Positions 20,977 through 31,269 of a stretch of DNA of 64,000 nucleotides are shown one piece after another; the stretch's first letter is position 1; each line of letters starts with the position of its first letter. The stretch lies in NCBI GenBank assembly GCA_963737155.1, contig CAVTRN010000002.1:1472001-1536000 (forward strand), given 5' to 3'. A program made the translations under genes and the position numbers. Source of the stretch: Nitrospirota bacterium. GTDB taxonomy: Bacteria > Nitrospirota > UBA9217. The notes below the pieces were generated by a model that saw nothing but the letters and a program-made list of their open reading frames with translations, was not told the origin of the DNA and did no database searches.

Positions 20977-21316
20977 TGATGAGAAGATCGTGGGTGACAT
21001 GGCGAAAATGTCGCTCGAACACGAAGGATACGAAGTGGAGACCTTCCTGAACGCCGAGCCGGCGCTTGCACGGCTCAAGGAACAGAAATTCCATGTTGTC
21101 GTCACCGATTACAAGATGAAGGGCATCGACGGAATGGAGGTGCTCAAAACCGTGAAAAAAGAGTATCCCGGTACCACAGTGATTATGATTACCGCTTTCG
21201 CGAACCTCGATGCGGCAATCGAAGCGCTGCGCGGCGATGTGCACGATTTTTTCCCCAAGCCGGTCAAGATCAAGGAACTGAAGGAGTCTATCCGGCGGGC
21301 GCTGAGCAAGGCATGA
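20948..21316 (+). CDS. Single-domain response regulator
   Basis: IMIIDDE, TDYKM, ITAF, KP receiver motifs; overlaps kinase end. Confidence 0.93.
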   Translation: MDKHRIMIIDDEKIVGDMAKMSLEHEGYEVETFLNAEPALARLKEQKFHVVVTDYKMKGIDGMEVLKTVKKEYPGTTVIMITAFANLDAAIEALRGDVHDFFPKPVKIKELKESIRRALSKA

Positions 21317-21384
21317 CGTCAATTTGTAAAATAAGACTTCTTACAAGAACATCATCAATGGTGTCTTTATTATTTTAAGGAACC

Positions 21385-23976
21385 GTGAAACAGCCAGTGC
21401 GCATACAATCATTCTTTTCCTCTCTGTTACGAACGTTTTCGCGCAGGAAAACCATGGGCAGCCGTGAGGAATTCAAAGCAGCCTTCGAGCGTTTTAAAAG
21501 TGTACTCGACAGCAACAACCGGGCCTTGGAAACCATAACGGATATGGGAGAAAAACTGGGCGGAGACTATCTTTTTGACATTGTTTACCTCAAAAAAGCC
21601 TATACTCGCCTGAAAGAAGACATGACGTTCTCCCTCAGAAGCTTCGATGAACTCACGCAGAACCGCTATCAGCGGCTGCATGATGTATTCGGCTACCTCG
21701 ATTCCCTGGTCATGCGCATGGTGGATGAAACGCCGCTCCCAGCCCCGCCGTTGGTGCTGTCTCTTGAAAGTATTTCCTGGGGAACGCCGCACGACGTGGG
21801 CGGCAAAAACGCGCATCTTGCGGAGGTGAGAAACCAGCTTGGCCTCAACGTCCCCGATGGTTTTGTTGTTACGACGTCTGCATTTGACGCGTTCATTAGA
21901 TTCAACAACCTGGAAAGTCATATTGAAAGAATTAAACAAATAGCCGCTACCAATGATGCAGGTCTCCAGGAACTGCAGGAGCTCATCCTTCAAGGCCCCT
22001 TCCCGCCTGAGTTAAGTCTTACCATGAAAAAAGCCCTGGAAGTGATCAAGTCACGTTATGGAGAATGTTTTCTGGCGATCAGGAGCAGCGCCGAAGAAGA
22101 AGACAGCGGCAGCTCCTTTGCCGGCCAGTTTAAAACCATCCTGAACGTCCCACTCTCGCAGGAATCTGTGGAGCGGGCATACCGGGAGGTGATCGCAAGC
22201 CTCTTTTCGAGCAAGGCTGTTTCTTATCAGCGGCAGACCGGTTATGACATTGGGTCATTTAAAATGGCCGTCGGCTGTCTGGTCATGGTCGACTCGGCTT
22301 CGAGCGGCGTTGTTTATTCGACAATGCCGGAAGGGGACAACGGCACACTGATCATCAGCGCAGCCTGGGGCTTGGGGGAAGCCATTGTCGAAGGGAAAAT
22401 CGAAACCGACATCTCCATCGTTCGGAAGGAAAAGAAACCAGTCCTGCTCCAAACAGCAACGGGAAACAAGAGTACCATGATTGTCGGGAACGTGAAAGGC
22501 GGGATCATCGAGGTCAATACCCCTGAGGACCTCAGGCAGAAGCCATGCCTTTCGTCTGAGCAAGTAACGGAGCTCGCCACACTGGCGATAGCCATCGAAC
22601 GTTACTTCGGCTCTCCGCAGGACATAGAATGGGCCATGGATAAGAGGGGCGCCCTTTTCATTCTCCAGGCACGGCCGCTGAAAGTGAAGGCAAAAAGCTT
22701 GCAATCCGAAGATATTCTGACAGAGAATTCCGTTTCAGATGCCATACATCCGGCAATCCTGCGCGATCAAGGGTTCGTGGTTCAGAGAGGCGCGGGAGCA
22801 GGAAAGATTTTCGTCGTAACAAATCCCTCTGACAGCATGATACTGCCAAAAGGTGCTGTTCTGGTAGCGAAACACGATTCATCGCTCTTTGTCAGAATAA
22901 TGCCTTACGTATCGGCGATCATCACGGAAACGGGCTCGCAGACCAGCCACATGGCCGCGCTCTGCAGGGAGTTGAAAATTCCGACAATTGTAAATGTTCC
23001 GAACGCGATGGAGATCCTGAAACATGGACAGGATATTACCGTCATCGCTGGAAACGACAACAAAATGTCGGTATACCGTGGAATTATCCGAGATGTACTC
23101 ATGAAGTCGGGACAGGATTTTAGCCGGATGGAGGACGTCTATGAGTTTCGTAAAAAACGGTATATGCTGAGATATCTTTCTCCCCTGAACCTTATTGATC
23201 CGCTCATGGATGAGTTCACCCCCGAGCGCTGCAGAACCATGCACGACATCCTCCGTTTCATGCATGAGAAAGCCGTAGCCGAACTGGTGGAGCGCGCGCG
23301 GGGAGGAAGTGCAACCCTCAAAAAGCGCGGCGCGGTCACGCGGCTTGACCTTCCCGTGCCAGCGGGGATTCTTGTCATGGATATGGGCGGCGGCCTGGAG
23401 CTGAGCGGACGAGATGGAGCGGCGACCTTCGACCAGATCACCTCGATTCCCTTCCGGGCGATCATAGGGGGAATGATTCGTCCGGGTGCATGGCATTCCG
23501 ATGCCGTAGCACTCAAAACGAGTGATTTTTTATCGAGCATGATGCGGATGCCAGACATTACGAATACCACAGACAGTACGGCGGGATACAATGTAGCGAT
23601 TATCTCACGGGAATATGTGAACATGAGCATCAGGTTCGGATACCATTTCAACATGGTGGACTGCTATAGCAGCGAGACGACGAAAAACAACCACATATAT
23701 TTTCGTTTTGCCGGAGGGGCAACGGACTTGACAAAGCGGTCGAGGAGGCTAGAACTCATCGCACGGGTTCTCACTTCATACGGTTTCAATATTAAAATAA
23801 AGGGAGACCTTCTAATTGCCCGACTTGCTGGGATCAATCAGACGGAAATGGGAAAAGTGCTCGACCAGACCGGTCGTTTAATTGCCTTCGCCCGTCAGCT
23901 CGATGCCGTGCTTCATGACGATGCCGCTGTCGAACGGTATGCTAACAATTTTCTTGACGGCACTTATGAATTATGA
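21385..23976 (+). CDS. PEP-synthase-like protein (PPDK N-terminal ATP-grasp + His swivel domain + non-canonical C-terminal domain)
   Basis: VGGKNAHL, AIRSSAEEED...SFAGQF, PQDIEWA, ILQARPL, TGSQTSHMAALCREL. Confidence 0.88.
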   Translation: MKQPVRIQSFFSSLLRTFSRRKTMGSREEFKAAFERFKSVLDSNNRALETITDMGEKLGGDYLFDIVYLKKAYTRLKEDMTFSLRSFDELTQNRYQRLHDVFGYLDSLVMRMVDETPLPAPPLVLSLESISWGTPHDVGGKNAHLAEVRNQLGLNVPDGFVVTTSAFDAFIRFNNLESHIERIKQIAATNDAGLQELQELILQGPFPPELSLTMKKALEVIKSRYGECFLAIRSSAEEEDSGSSFAGQFKTILNVPLSQESVERAYREVIASLFSSKAVSYQRQTGYDIGSFKMAVGCLVMVDSASSGVVYSTMPEGDNGTLIISAAWGLGEAIVEGKIETDISIVRKEKKPVLLQTATGNKSTMIVGNVKGGIIEVNTPEDLRQKPCLSSEQVTELATLAIAIERYFGSPQDIEWAMDKRGALFILQARPLKVKAKSLQSEDILTENSVSDAIHPAILRDQGFVVQRGAGAGKIFVVTNPSDSMILPKGAVLVAKHDSSLFVRIMPYVSAIITETGSQTSHMAALCRELKIPTIVNVPNAMEILKHGQDITVIAGNDNKMSVYRGIIRDVLMKSGQDFSRMEDVYEFRKKRYMLRYLSPLNLIDPLMDEFTPERCRTMHDILRFMHEKAVAELVERARGGSATLKKRGAVTRLDLPVPAGILVMDMGGGLELSGRDGAATFDQITSIPFRAIIGGMIRPGAWHSDAVALKTSDFLSSMMRMPDITNTTDSTAGYNVAIISREYVNMSIRFGYHFNMVDCYSSETTKNNHIYFRFAGGATDLTKRSRRLELIARVLTSYGFNIKIKGDLLIARLAGINQTEMGKVLDQTGRLIAFARQLDAVLHDDAAVERYANNFLDGTYEL

Positions 23977-24240
23977 CTTGGCGAATGCCCAACACACCCA
24001 TCCTTAATATTCCGAAACGCTATGCTGCACGCACATAGAGAATCCAGACTCCCTCATGACAATGTGTGGATAAGTCAATGAGATTGGAAGTAATCGCAAA
24101 TGTTTTTCTAAGAGTTTTAAGATATATTGAATATGGCAGTCCAGTTATGGTATAGTTGCTTGTCCTTGCTAGACTCGCTGTTCTTGTTTGCTTCTTTATA
24201 GGGCAAGACACAGGAATTAGAGGCGGGATAAAAACTATTT

Positions 24241-24618
24241 ATGATGGAACACCCGAAAAATATACTGGTTGCGGATGATGAAGCCGGCATTCGCGAGTTT
24301 CTCACTAAGACCCTTAATGAGAATGGTTTTCATGCAATCGCGGCAAAGGACGGAGTGGAAGCATTGCGACTGGTGGACGCTTCGGAGGAGCCAATCGACG
24401 TTTTGATTATTGATGTAGTTATGCCTCGCTTGAACGGAAAGGAACTGGCCAGCACCATACAATCTCATCATCCAGAGATGAAAATAATTCTGATATCGGG
24501 ATACCCGGATGATTTTCTTGCCCGATACGGAGTTCCAACCGAAAGAATCCGTTATCTGAAAAAGCCCTTCACTGCGACCACCTTACTGGAAACGGTTCGC
24601 GATGAACTCAATCGATAG
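24241..24618 (+). CDS. Single-domain response regulator
   Basis: ILVADDE, IDVVMP, ISGY, KPF. Confidence 0.93.
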   Translation: MMEHPKNILVADDEAGIREFLTKTLNENGFHAIAAKDGVEALRLVDASEEPIDVLIIDVVMPRLNGKELASTIQSHHPEMKIILISGYPDDFLARYGVPTERIRYLKKPFTATTLLETVRDELNR

Positions 24619-24763
24619 AATGGTATCCTACCGAACCGAAGGGATTGAAGGCAAGCCGAAATATTCAAATTTGTGTGAATTCTCAATTAAGGAAGGCCTC
24701 CCTTCGATTCACGGAAACAAAGTAACCTCCAACTAGGAGTCCATTCCCAGGAAGAGTGACAGT

Positions 24764-25165
24764 ATGCAAAACAAGATTGTCGTGCGTTATCAGGACGGCC
24801 GCTTGCTTAAAGGGTTCACTGCTGATTTTATGCCGTCGAAGGATGTTTTCCACATAGTTCCGACGGATGCGCCTCTTGGCGCTAAACCCATGACCATCAA
24901 TATGCGCGAGTTAAAAGCGGTCTTCTTCGTGAAGGATTTCGTTGGAAATTCACTGTACGATGATAAAAAAGACTTCGATCCCGCTAAACCGGTTTCTGGC
25001 AAAAAGATTAAAGTGGCATTCAGAGACGGTGAAACGCTGGTCGGCACGACCCAAGGGTACCAGCCCGGGAGGCAGGGCTTCTTCGTTTTTCCCGCTGATA
25101 CGCAATCCAATATAGAAAGATTTTACGTTGTTACCCAAGCCACAAGTTCGGTCTCATTTCTTTAA
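24764..25165 (+). CDS. DUF6982-like protein with internal two-fold repeat
   Basis: KIVVRYQDGRLLKG and KIKVAFRDGETLVG repeats. Confidence 0.75.
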   Translation: MQNKIVVRYQDGRLLKGFTADFMPSKDVFHIVPTDAPLGAKPMTINMRELKAVFFVKDFVGNSLYDDKKDFDPAKPVSGKKIKVAFRDGETLVGTTQGYQPGRQGFFVFPADTQSNIERFYVVTQATSSVSFL

Positions 25166-25524
25166 TTCCGGCCGGGTCTTTTTTCTTCGGCGACTGCGAG
25201 TAGAACAACCAGAAGTCGTTACCCGCTGGTGTTCGAAAAATACCAAGTGCATTCTAATCCTTCCCCATGCCTCAGCATTCTACCTTTTCCCAAAACAAGA
25301 GACTCTTTACAAGGGGAATATTCTTGCAAAAGCCCTCCACCGTGATCGACTCAGCCCTAAAGGCCCGACATCGTGATCTATTGGAATGTCGTCATGCGAC
25401 GATCAGCGAACTCTCCTTGGAGACCGAACTGACCCGAGAGAAAGCGAGGAGAGCCACCTTTGGCCGGTAACGACGATGTCGAACAATATGTTTCAACGAT
25501 CATTGCCCACCGACGTCTGTTGCT

Positions 25525-25560
25525 AAAAAAGGGCCGGGAAGAAAGGTCCTCCCGGTCCTT
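25525..25560 (-). terminator. Rho-independent terminator of the OmpA gene
   Basis: Minus strand aaggaccgggagg...ttcccggccctt followed by T-run. Confidence 0.7.
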
Positions 25561-25575
25561 CGTTGATGCGCGTGT

Positions 25576-26361
25576 TCACTGTGTTACGGTTTCTATGACT
25601 GCTTCGATGCGTCGATTTTTCTGTCGTCCTTCGGCAGTTGTGTTATCAGCCACAGGCAGCGATGAACCGAATCCCTTGGCACTTAAGCGCTCAGGGGCAA
25701 TTCCAAACTTTTGGATCAGGTAGGTCCTGACGTTTTCCGCGCGTTGCGTTGAAAGTCGAAGGTTGAATTTTTCTTTTCCCACATTGTCCGTATGACCTTC
25801 TATCATCGCTTTGGTCTGTGGATAGGCATTCATGAAGTCGGCCACCTTTTTAATTATTTCGTCATACTGGGGTCTAATGTTAGCTTTCCCGGAATCAAAT
25901 TCTATTTCCAGAGTAATACTGACTTTTTTCGGGGCTGGTGCGACCGGGGCTGGTGGAACAGGTGCTTCAACGACCGGCGCTTTTTCCGGAATAATTACTT
26001 TCTCTTCAACCTTCGGTGCAGGTGGTGCCTCAGTTACTGGTTTCGCAGGACAAAGAGCCTTGATTTTTACGATTGCATCTTGAGCCAGATTGATCGCTTC
26101 TTGCGTATGACATGCCTCGTAGACCTGGTATGCCTTGTCTACTATATCTTTTGCAGCATCAAATTCTGCCGGACATTCCTTGTCTTTGCCCGCCATGCGA
26201 GCTTCATCCAAGGCCCGAGATGCTTCCGGTAGCGGCTTGTGATAGTAAAGCCATTTATTCCTGCCCTGCGGTCCCATTTCCAGGGAGGAACAGCCAATTA
26301 TCAATGTCATAAGGAACATGACAATTACGCCTGTGAACATACTTTTTGTTATTGTTCCCAT
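25576..26361 (-). CDS. OmpA-family lipoprotein
   Basis: Lipobox IIGC, Pro-rich linker, IEGHTDN...NLRLSTQRA...NRRIE; RBS GGAGGGG before ATG 26361. Confidence 0.9.
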   Translation of the reverse strand: MGTITKSMFTGVIVMFLMTLIIGCSSLEMGPQGRNKWLYYHKPLPEASRALDEARMAGKDKECPAEFDAAKDIVDKAYQVYEACHTQEAINLAQDAIVKIKALCPAKPVTEAPPAPKVEEKVIIPEKAPVVEAPVPPAPVAPAPKKVSITLEIEFDSGKANIRPQYDEIIKKVADFMNAYPQTKAMIEGHTDNVGKEKFNLRLSTQRAENVRTYLIQKFGIAPERLSAKGFGSSLPVADNTTAEGRQKNRRIEAVIETVTQ

Positions 26362-26718
26362 CTTTACCCCTCCGGCAGAATTTAATGATGAACATATTGT
26401 TTTCATGGTATGGGCTCCTTTTCTTGACATTATGTTCGGTTGATAATCTATTGGGCTACTAAGCTCCGCAGTCTTGAAAGTTTCTGATCGCGCAACTGCG
26501 ATTGTGGTCACATGTAAAAAATGGATGAGCCCCCACCTATCTTGTAACCGCTAACCAACCCAGGTTCACACAAAATTATTAGTTCCATCTCAACTATTCA
26601 CAACATATGATCATCCTCTCAATCTACCCCTTAGATTCACTTCCGGCTAGCGCATACTAACATCTGCCAGGGGCGAGCTGGTAATCCCGTCGTCCTTTAT
26701 AAAAAACATCCTTGAATA

Positions 26719-27276
26719 CCCAGCAGCTTGCTGCTGGGATGAAAAGGATATCCTGACGAAGTCAGGATGATTTTCTGATACAATACGGGTCATGAGCCCA
26801 TTGAGAAGAAGCAGACATTGTGTCTATGATCTCAAGTACCATTTCGTATGGATACCGAAATATCGTAAAAAACTGTTCGACGATCGCATGACGAAACGAT
26901 TGAAAGAAATCTTTCGTGAGATAGCTGAACAGTACGATTTGGAAATAGATACGATTGAAGTCATGGATGACCATGTACACTTGTTTTTGGTTGTTCCCCG
27001 AAGTATGCGCCTGCGAAGGTAGTACAAATGATTAAAAGTATCTCCGCCAGAATAATGTTCCAAGAGTTCCCGGAGATAAAGAAAAAGCTCTGGGGAGGGG
27101 AACTGTGGAACGATGGTTACTTTGTCCGTTCGGTTGGCGACAAAATAACGGCGGAAGTGATTAGAAACTATATTCGGTATCAGCATGATGAGCAAATAGG
27201 TTTTAGATTCTAGTCAAAATGCCTCGCAGCTTGCTGCGGGGTTATTTACTTGTATTCCCCGCAGTTTGCTGCGAGG
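26719..27276 (+). mobile_element. tnpA: IS200/IS605-family element with frameshifted tnpA (26792-27213) and terminal hairpins
   Basis: YHFVWIPKYR, HUH motif DHVHLF, LWNDGYFV, YIRYQ split over two frames; GCAGC-TT-GCTGC hairpins at 26719, 27222, 27257. Confidence 0.9.
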
Positions 27277-27590
27277 TATTGATTTTCTCGATGTCTCTAG
27301 AGATTCTCTTTGAACCTTCTCACCGTTTAAGTTCTCGACGAATATAGCGGCTAGATCTTTTGATCACGTTCACGAAAATTATTGAATGGTTTATGAATGA
27401 AATAGGTCCCGTGCGGTAATGGGGACTTAATTGAAACATGCTTAATTATAGCGCAAGTACATGTCTTGTTTGATATGAATAGAAGAGTAAAATTCCCCCA
27501 AAAGGGATAAATACTACTTTAGTACTCTTTATTCAGGTTGCTTTTACTGCTTGTAGTTGTACTCAACCACTAGTAGCTTATTCATAACCC

Positions 27591-27938
27591 CTATCCTGGA
27601 GATTGGCCTGCTTCGAGTAGGCTGATGATAGGTTCATCAGGATGGGGGAGACCGGCTATCTTCCATGCTACCAGCGGGTTGAAGAATTTCTCCGATATGC
27701 AGTCCTTTGGAGCATGGATATTCCTGCAGATCGAATGAACAATGGGGAAGAAGTTGTAGGTTTTGTAGTGGTCACGGATGAATTTCAGCATCGCAATGTT
27801 TTCAGGGCTCAAGTTCATAATCCCTGCTCTTGCCGCCAGTTCACGCGCCACTTTTTCATCCCAGTCGTTCAAATTGACAAGATACCCATCGTTATCTACG
27901 GCGATTATTCTCTCTTTATCATGTTTCACTACAGTCAT
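27591..27938 (-). CDS. TusE/DsrC/DsvC-family protein lacking the C-terminal catalytic Cys
   Basis: VDNDGYLVNLNDWDEKVARELA and KIAGLPHP; tail DEPIISLLEAGQSPG instead of PxxCV. Confidence 0.85.
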   Translation of the reverse strand: MTVVKHDKERIIAVDNDGYLVNLNDWDEKVARELAARAGIMNLSPENIAMLKFIRDHYKTYNFFPIVHSICRNIHAPKDCISEKFFNPLVAWKIAGLPHPDEPIISLLEAGQSPG

Positions 27939-27983
27939 AAGCTTACTTACTCCTTCGAATAACTATGAACATCTTTTAATATA

Positions 27984-28012
27984 ATTTTATATCTCATTTA
28001 TGGAGCTGTCAA
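27984..28012 (-). promoter_or_regulatory. Sigma70-type promoter for the DsrC-like gene
   Basis: Minus strand TTGACA-17 nt-TAAAAT. Confidence 0.7.
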
Positions 28013-28050
28013 TGCAGGACAAAGTCTTATAAAGGACATTGTTAGCTGCA

Positions 28051-30306
28051 TTATGTCGTCAACCTCCGATAGATTTCCGTTATCTTGTTCGGCAGCTTGG
28101 ATACGTCATCGATCAGGGTATAGTTAACCTCGCCGTACATGTGCGGAAGATAGGATTGAGCCTCCCTGTCTATGGTAATGCAAAAGGGGTGGATGCCCTG
28201 ATGGCGCGCCTCCAAGAGCGCTTTTCTGGTGTCCTCGATGCCGTACTCGCCTTTATAGGCGTCCCAGTCCTCGGGTTTGCCATCGCTCAGGGTGATAAGA
28301 AGTTTTGTTCTCGCTTCGACCGCTTTGAGAATTTTCGCGGAGTGCCGAATAAAAGGCCCCATGCGCGTGTAGTCCTTGGGCTCTATCCCGGCAATGCGCC
28401 GTTTAACGCTATCTGCATAAGGTTCATCAAAGCCTTTCACCCGGTAAAGATCGCACCGGTTCCTCGTCATTCCCGAGAACCCGTACACCGCGTAGCGGTC
28501 TCCGAGCGTCTCAAGCGCTTCGGCCATTAGAACCAAGGACTCCTTCTCTGCTTTGTTTACCCATCCCTTGGTGGATCCACTCATATCGATGAGGAAGAGC
28601 ACCGCGATATTCCGCTCAGACCGGTCGAGTCTGGTAAAGAGATTCTCCGTCGGCGATATGCCTGCGCGCGCGTCTGAGAAAGCTTCAACTACTGCATCAA
28701 TATCGATGTCGTGGCCGTCTTTCTGCCGGCGCTGGTTCTGCGGTTCCTGCTTCAGGTACTCGAACTTCTTGCGGAGAATATTTACATATCCGCCGTACCG
28801 CGTGAGCGTCTGTTCCACAACCGGTTCATGCCCAGGATGAATGATGTGCTCATAGAGGCTGCACCAGTTTTTTTTATAACCTCCCCGTTTGTAGTCCCAT
28901 TCATCGTATTTGATTCCGCTACTTTCTGTCCCTGCAACTTCTTCCTCTTTGATGAGATCAATGAGTTTTGATGGGCTGTAGCCGCTCAACTCGCTCCCCT
29001 TGACCAGTATGCCACCGGGGACGCCTCCGCGCTTCTCGATTACCCGTTTCAGTTCCTCATCCAGTTCTATCAGCCTTCCCTTGATCAGGAGATATTCCTT
29101 CTTCGCATCAGGCATGCTCTTCTGGGTAACAGGATCTGCGGACCGCCAGTCCCGCTGGACGGGATCTGGCAAATCAATCAGCTTCGTAATCATGGCATCG
29201 AGCTTGGTGTGGAACCTCTGCTTCTGCTCGTCGAGCGTACGTGATACCTGTTCCGGATGTATTCTTCCGAAAAATGGAAGGGGCTGTCGCGGCTGATAAT
29301 CACCGGCAAGGCACGTCGCTGCGTTATACAGACGCATTAGGCTTTCAAGGCTATTATCAAGTCCGGTGCCATAAGCTGGGAATTGAAGTATTCCGATGGA
29401 ATTCGTGAATGCTGGGGGAACCACTCCTTTAGACCAAGATCCAAAGAAATGCTGGTAAAGCGCTTCCACGAATGTTTCTTTTTCGGATAAGGCGTCAAGT
29501 GCGGGCCTATTCTTCGACAGGGCAGACAGAACTATGTCAATCTGATTCATGAGTCCGGGAAGCTCTTTTCTGAGGAACTGATTAAGCCTGAACGCCTCTA
29601 TTATCGTATATAGGTCTACGGCCAGATCATGGTCGGGAAATAGAGAAAAAAAGATGTTAATGTCGGGGTGGTCCAGGGGATAGTCCTTAAAACAACGCGT
29701 AAGCACTGTAACATCTACGTCCAGAGTAAGAGTGCCCTGGGATATTTGCGCCCATGCATATGCTGCAGAGAGCTTGTAAACAAGGATATTTTTCGATTGA
29801 TCTCGAAATTGATTCACGACACAAGGGAAAAAAACGGTAGCGGTGTTCGTGTACTGTTCTCGGTCGCAGGAAACCTTGAGATCAATCCCCGACATTCCTC
29901 GCAGGAACGTCCCGAGCATTGCGGCCACTTCGATAAAATGAACTCCTTCCGGGGATATGAATGCTGCGAGCTCTGCATCGTCCGTCTTCCCGAGGAAGGT
30001 TAGAGCGTGGTCGATTCCCTGTGAGTCTAGCAGGTCGAAGGCCGTACTCACCCATTTGTCCAGTTCTTCGAGCGCCAGATACGTTCCGGCTTTTCTGAGG
30101 TGGGAGAGAACTCGGGGTACTAGTGAAGAACTGGCGCTCGAAAGGGCAAGACAGAGGGCGAGCACCTTCTGTTGAGCTGGTTGTTCGAAGGTGTTAATCT
30201 CCCTGAGGACATTCTGGATCTCCTCCTCTTCAAAGAAGTCGAGTCCTAAGTTCCTGACGAGACCCGCGCAGAGATCCCTGGTTTGTTTATCGGAGATGTG
30301 TTTCAT
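28051..30306 (-). CDS. NorD/CbbO-type VWA-domain adaptor protein
   Basis: YDEWDY, MIDAS DMSGST, YTRMGPFIRH, LSDGKPED; start taken at ATG 30306. Confidence 0.9.
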   Translation of the reverse strand: MKHISDKQTRDLCAGLVRNLGLDFFEEEEIQNVLREINTFEQPAQQKVLALCLALSSASSSLVPRVLSHLRKAGTYLALEELDKWVSTAFDLLDSQGIDHALTFLGKTDDAELAAFISPEGVHFIEVAAMLGTFLRGMSGIDLKVSCDREQYTNTATVFFPCVVNQFRDQSKNILVYKLSAAYAWAQISQGTLTLDVDVTVLTRCFKDYPLDHPDINIFFSLFPDHDLAVDLYTIIEAFRLNQFLRKELPGLMNQIDIVLSALSKNRPALDALSEKETFVEALYQHFFGSWSKGVVPPAFTNSIGILQFPAYGTGLDNSLESLMRLYNAATCLAGDYQPRQPLPFFGRIHPEQVSRTLDEQKQRFHTKLDAMITKLIDLPDPVQRDWRSADPVTQKSMPDAKKEYLLIKGRLIELDEELKRVIEKRGGVPGGILVKGSELSGYSPSKLIDLIKEEEVAGTESSGIKYDEWDYKRGGYKKNWCSLYEHIIHPGHEPVVEQTLTRYGGYVNILRKKFEYLKQEPQNQRRQKDGHDIDIDAVVEAFSDARAGISPTENLFTRLDRSERNIAVLFLIDMSGSTKGWVNKAEKESLVLMAEALETLGDRYAVYGFSGMTRNRCDLYRVKGFDEPYADSVKRRIAGIEPKDYTRMGPFIRHSAKILKAVEARTKLLITLSDGKPEDWDAYKGEYGIEDTRKALLEARHQGIHPFCITIDREAQSYLPHMYGEVNYTLIDDVSKLPNKITEIYRRLTT

Positions 30307-30456
30307 CGAATAATAATTTGCCGAGAAAGCATCAAGGCACAGAAAAAATGCCACCGTGAAAATTGCCTTGGATAGGACAGAATGTATGGCCCTGGAACGT
30401 AAAAGACGCAGTATTCCCCTCTGTATTTAAGCATCGAGGCATGCCCCCAGGAAAAA

Positions 30457-31269
30457 TCAATACAGCGAACTAATGATCTCCGCAAGCGACCCTAGCATTT
30501 CATGGTCGTCAGTGAGCGGTTCGGCTACGGCCGCTTCGCAGGCTTTTTGTGGCTCGATACCGGCTGTGATCAGTTTCCCCGCGTGGATCAACAGCCGTGT
30601 GCTTGCCCCCTCGGTCAGCCCTCGGTCCTTGAGATTCCGCGTCTTTTCGGCAAAGCTCACGAGCCGTTTCGCTGTGTCCTCGTCCACATCGGACTCGTGC
30701 ATCACGATTTCAGCTTCAAGTTCCTTGTGGGGATATGTAAACTCCATGGCGAGGAACCGCTGGCGGGTACTCTGTTTCAGGTCCTTAAGCGCGCTCTGGT
30801 AACCTGGATTGTAGGAGATAGCGATCAAAAATTCGGGCGGTGCGTGCAGAACTTCGCTCTTCTTCTCAATAGAGAGAATTCTTCGGTCGTCGGCCAAGGG
30901 ATGGATGACCACGGTTGTATCTTTCCGCGCCTCCACGATTTCGTCGAGGTAGCAGAACCCGCCCGCCTTCACCGCCGTCGTGAGGGGGCCGTCCATCCAG
31001 ACCGTTTCCCCACCGTGTACGAGGTAGCGGCCCACGAGGTCCGAGGCCGTGAGATCGTCGTGACACGAGACAGTTATGAGTGGACGCCTGAGCTTCCAGG
31101 CCATGTGCTGCATGAAACGCGTCTTACCGCAGCCCGTGGGCCCCTTCAGGAGCACGGGGATCTGGTGCCGATACGCCGATTCAAAAAGTGCCACTTCCTT
31201 CCCTACGGGAAGATAAAAGGGCTCTTCCGTGATTAGATATTGCCGGAGTTTTGACTTGATTGTCTTCAT
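30457..31269 (-). CDS. CbbQ/NirQ/NorQ-family MoxR AAA+ ATPase
   Basis: LKGPTGCGKTRF, DLTASDLVGR, YLDEIVEARKD, SYNPGYQS, LKQSTRQRF, STRLL. Confidence 0.95.
   Translation of the reverse strand: MKTIKSKLRQYLITEEPFYLPVGKEVALFESAYRHQIPVLLKGPTGCGKTRFMQHMAWKLRRPLITVSCHDDLTASDLVGRYLVHGGETVWMDGPLTTAVKAGGFCYLDEIVEARKDTTVVIHPLADDRRILSIEKKSEVLHAPPEFLIAISYNPGYQSALKDLKQSTRQRFLAMEFTYPHKELEAEIVMHESDVDEDTAKRLVSFAEKTRNLKDRGLTEGASTRLLIHAGKLITAGIEPQKACEAAVAEPLTDDHEMLGSLAEIISSLY

Noticed and set aside
26719-27276. Repeated palindromes as a possible CRISPR array
   Set aside because: Irregular spacing, they flank a tnpA, and there are no cas genes
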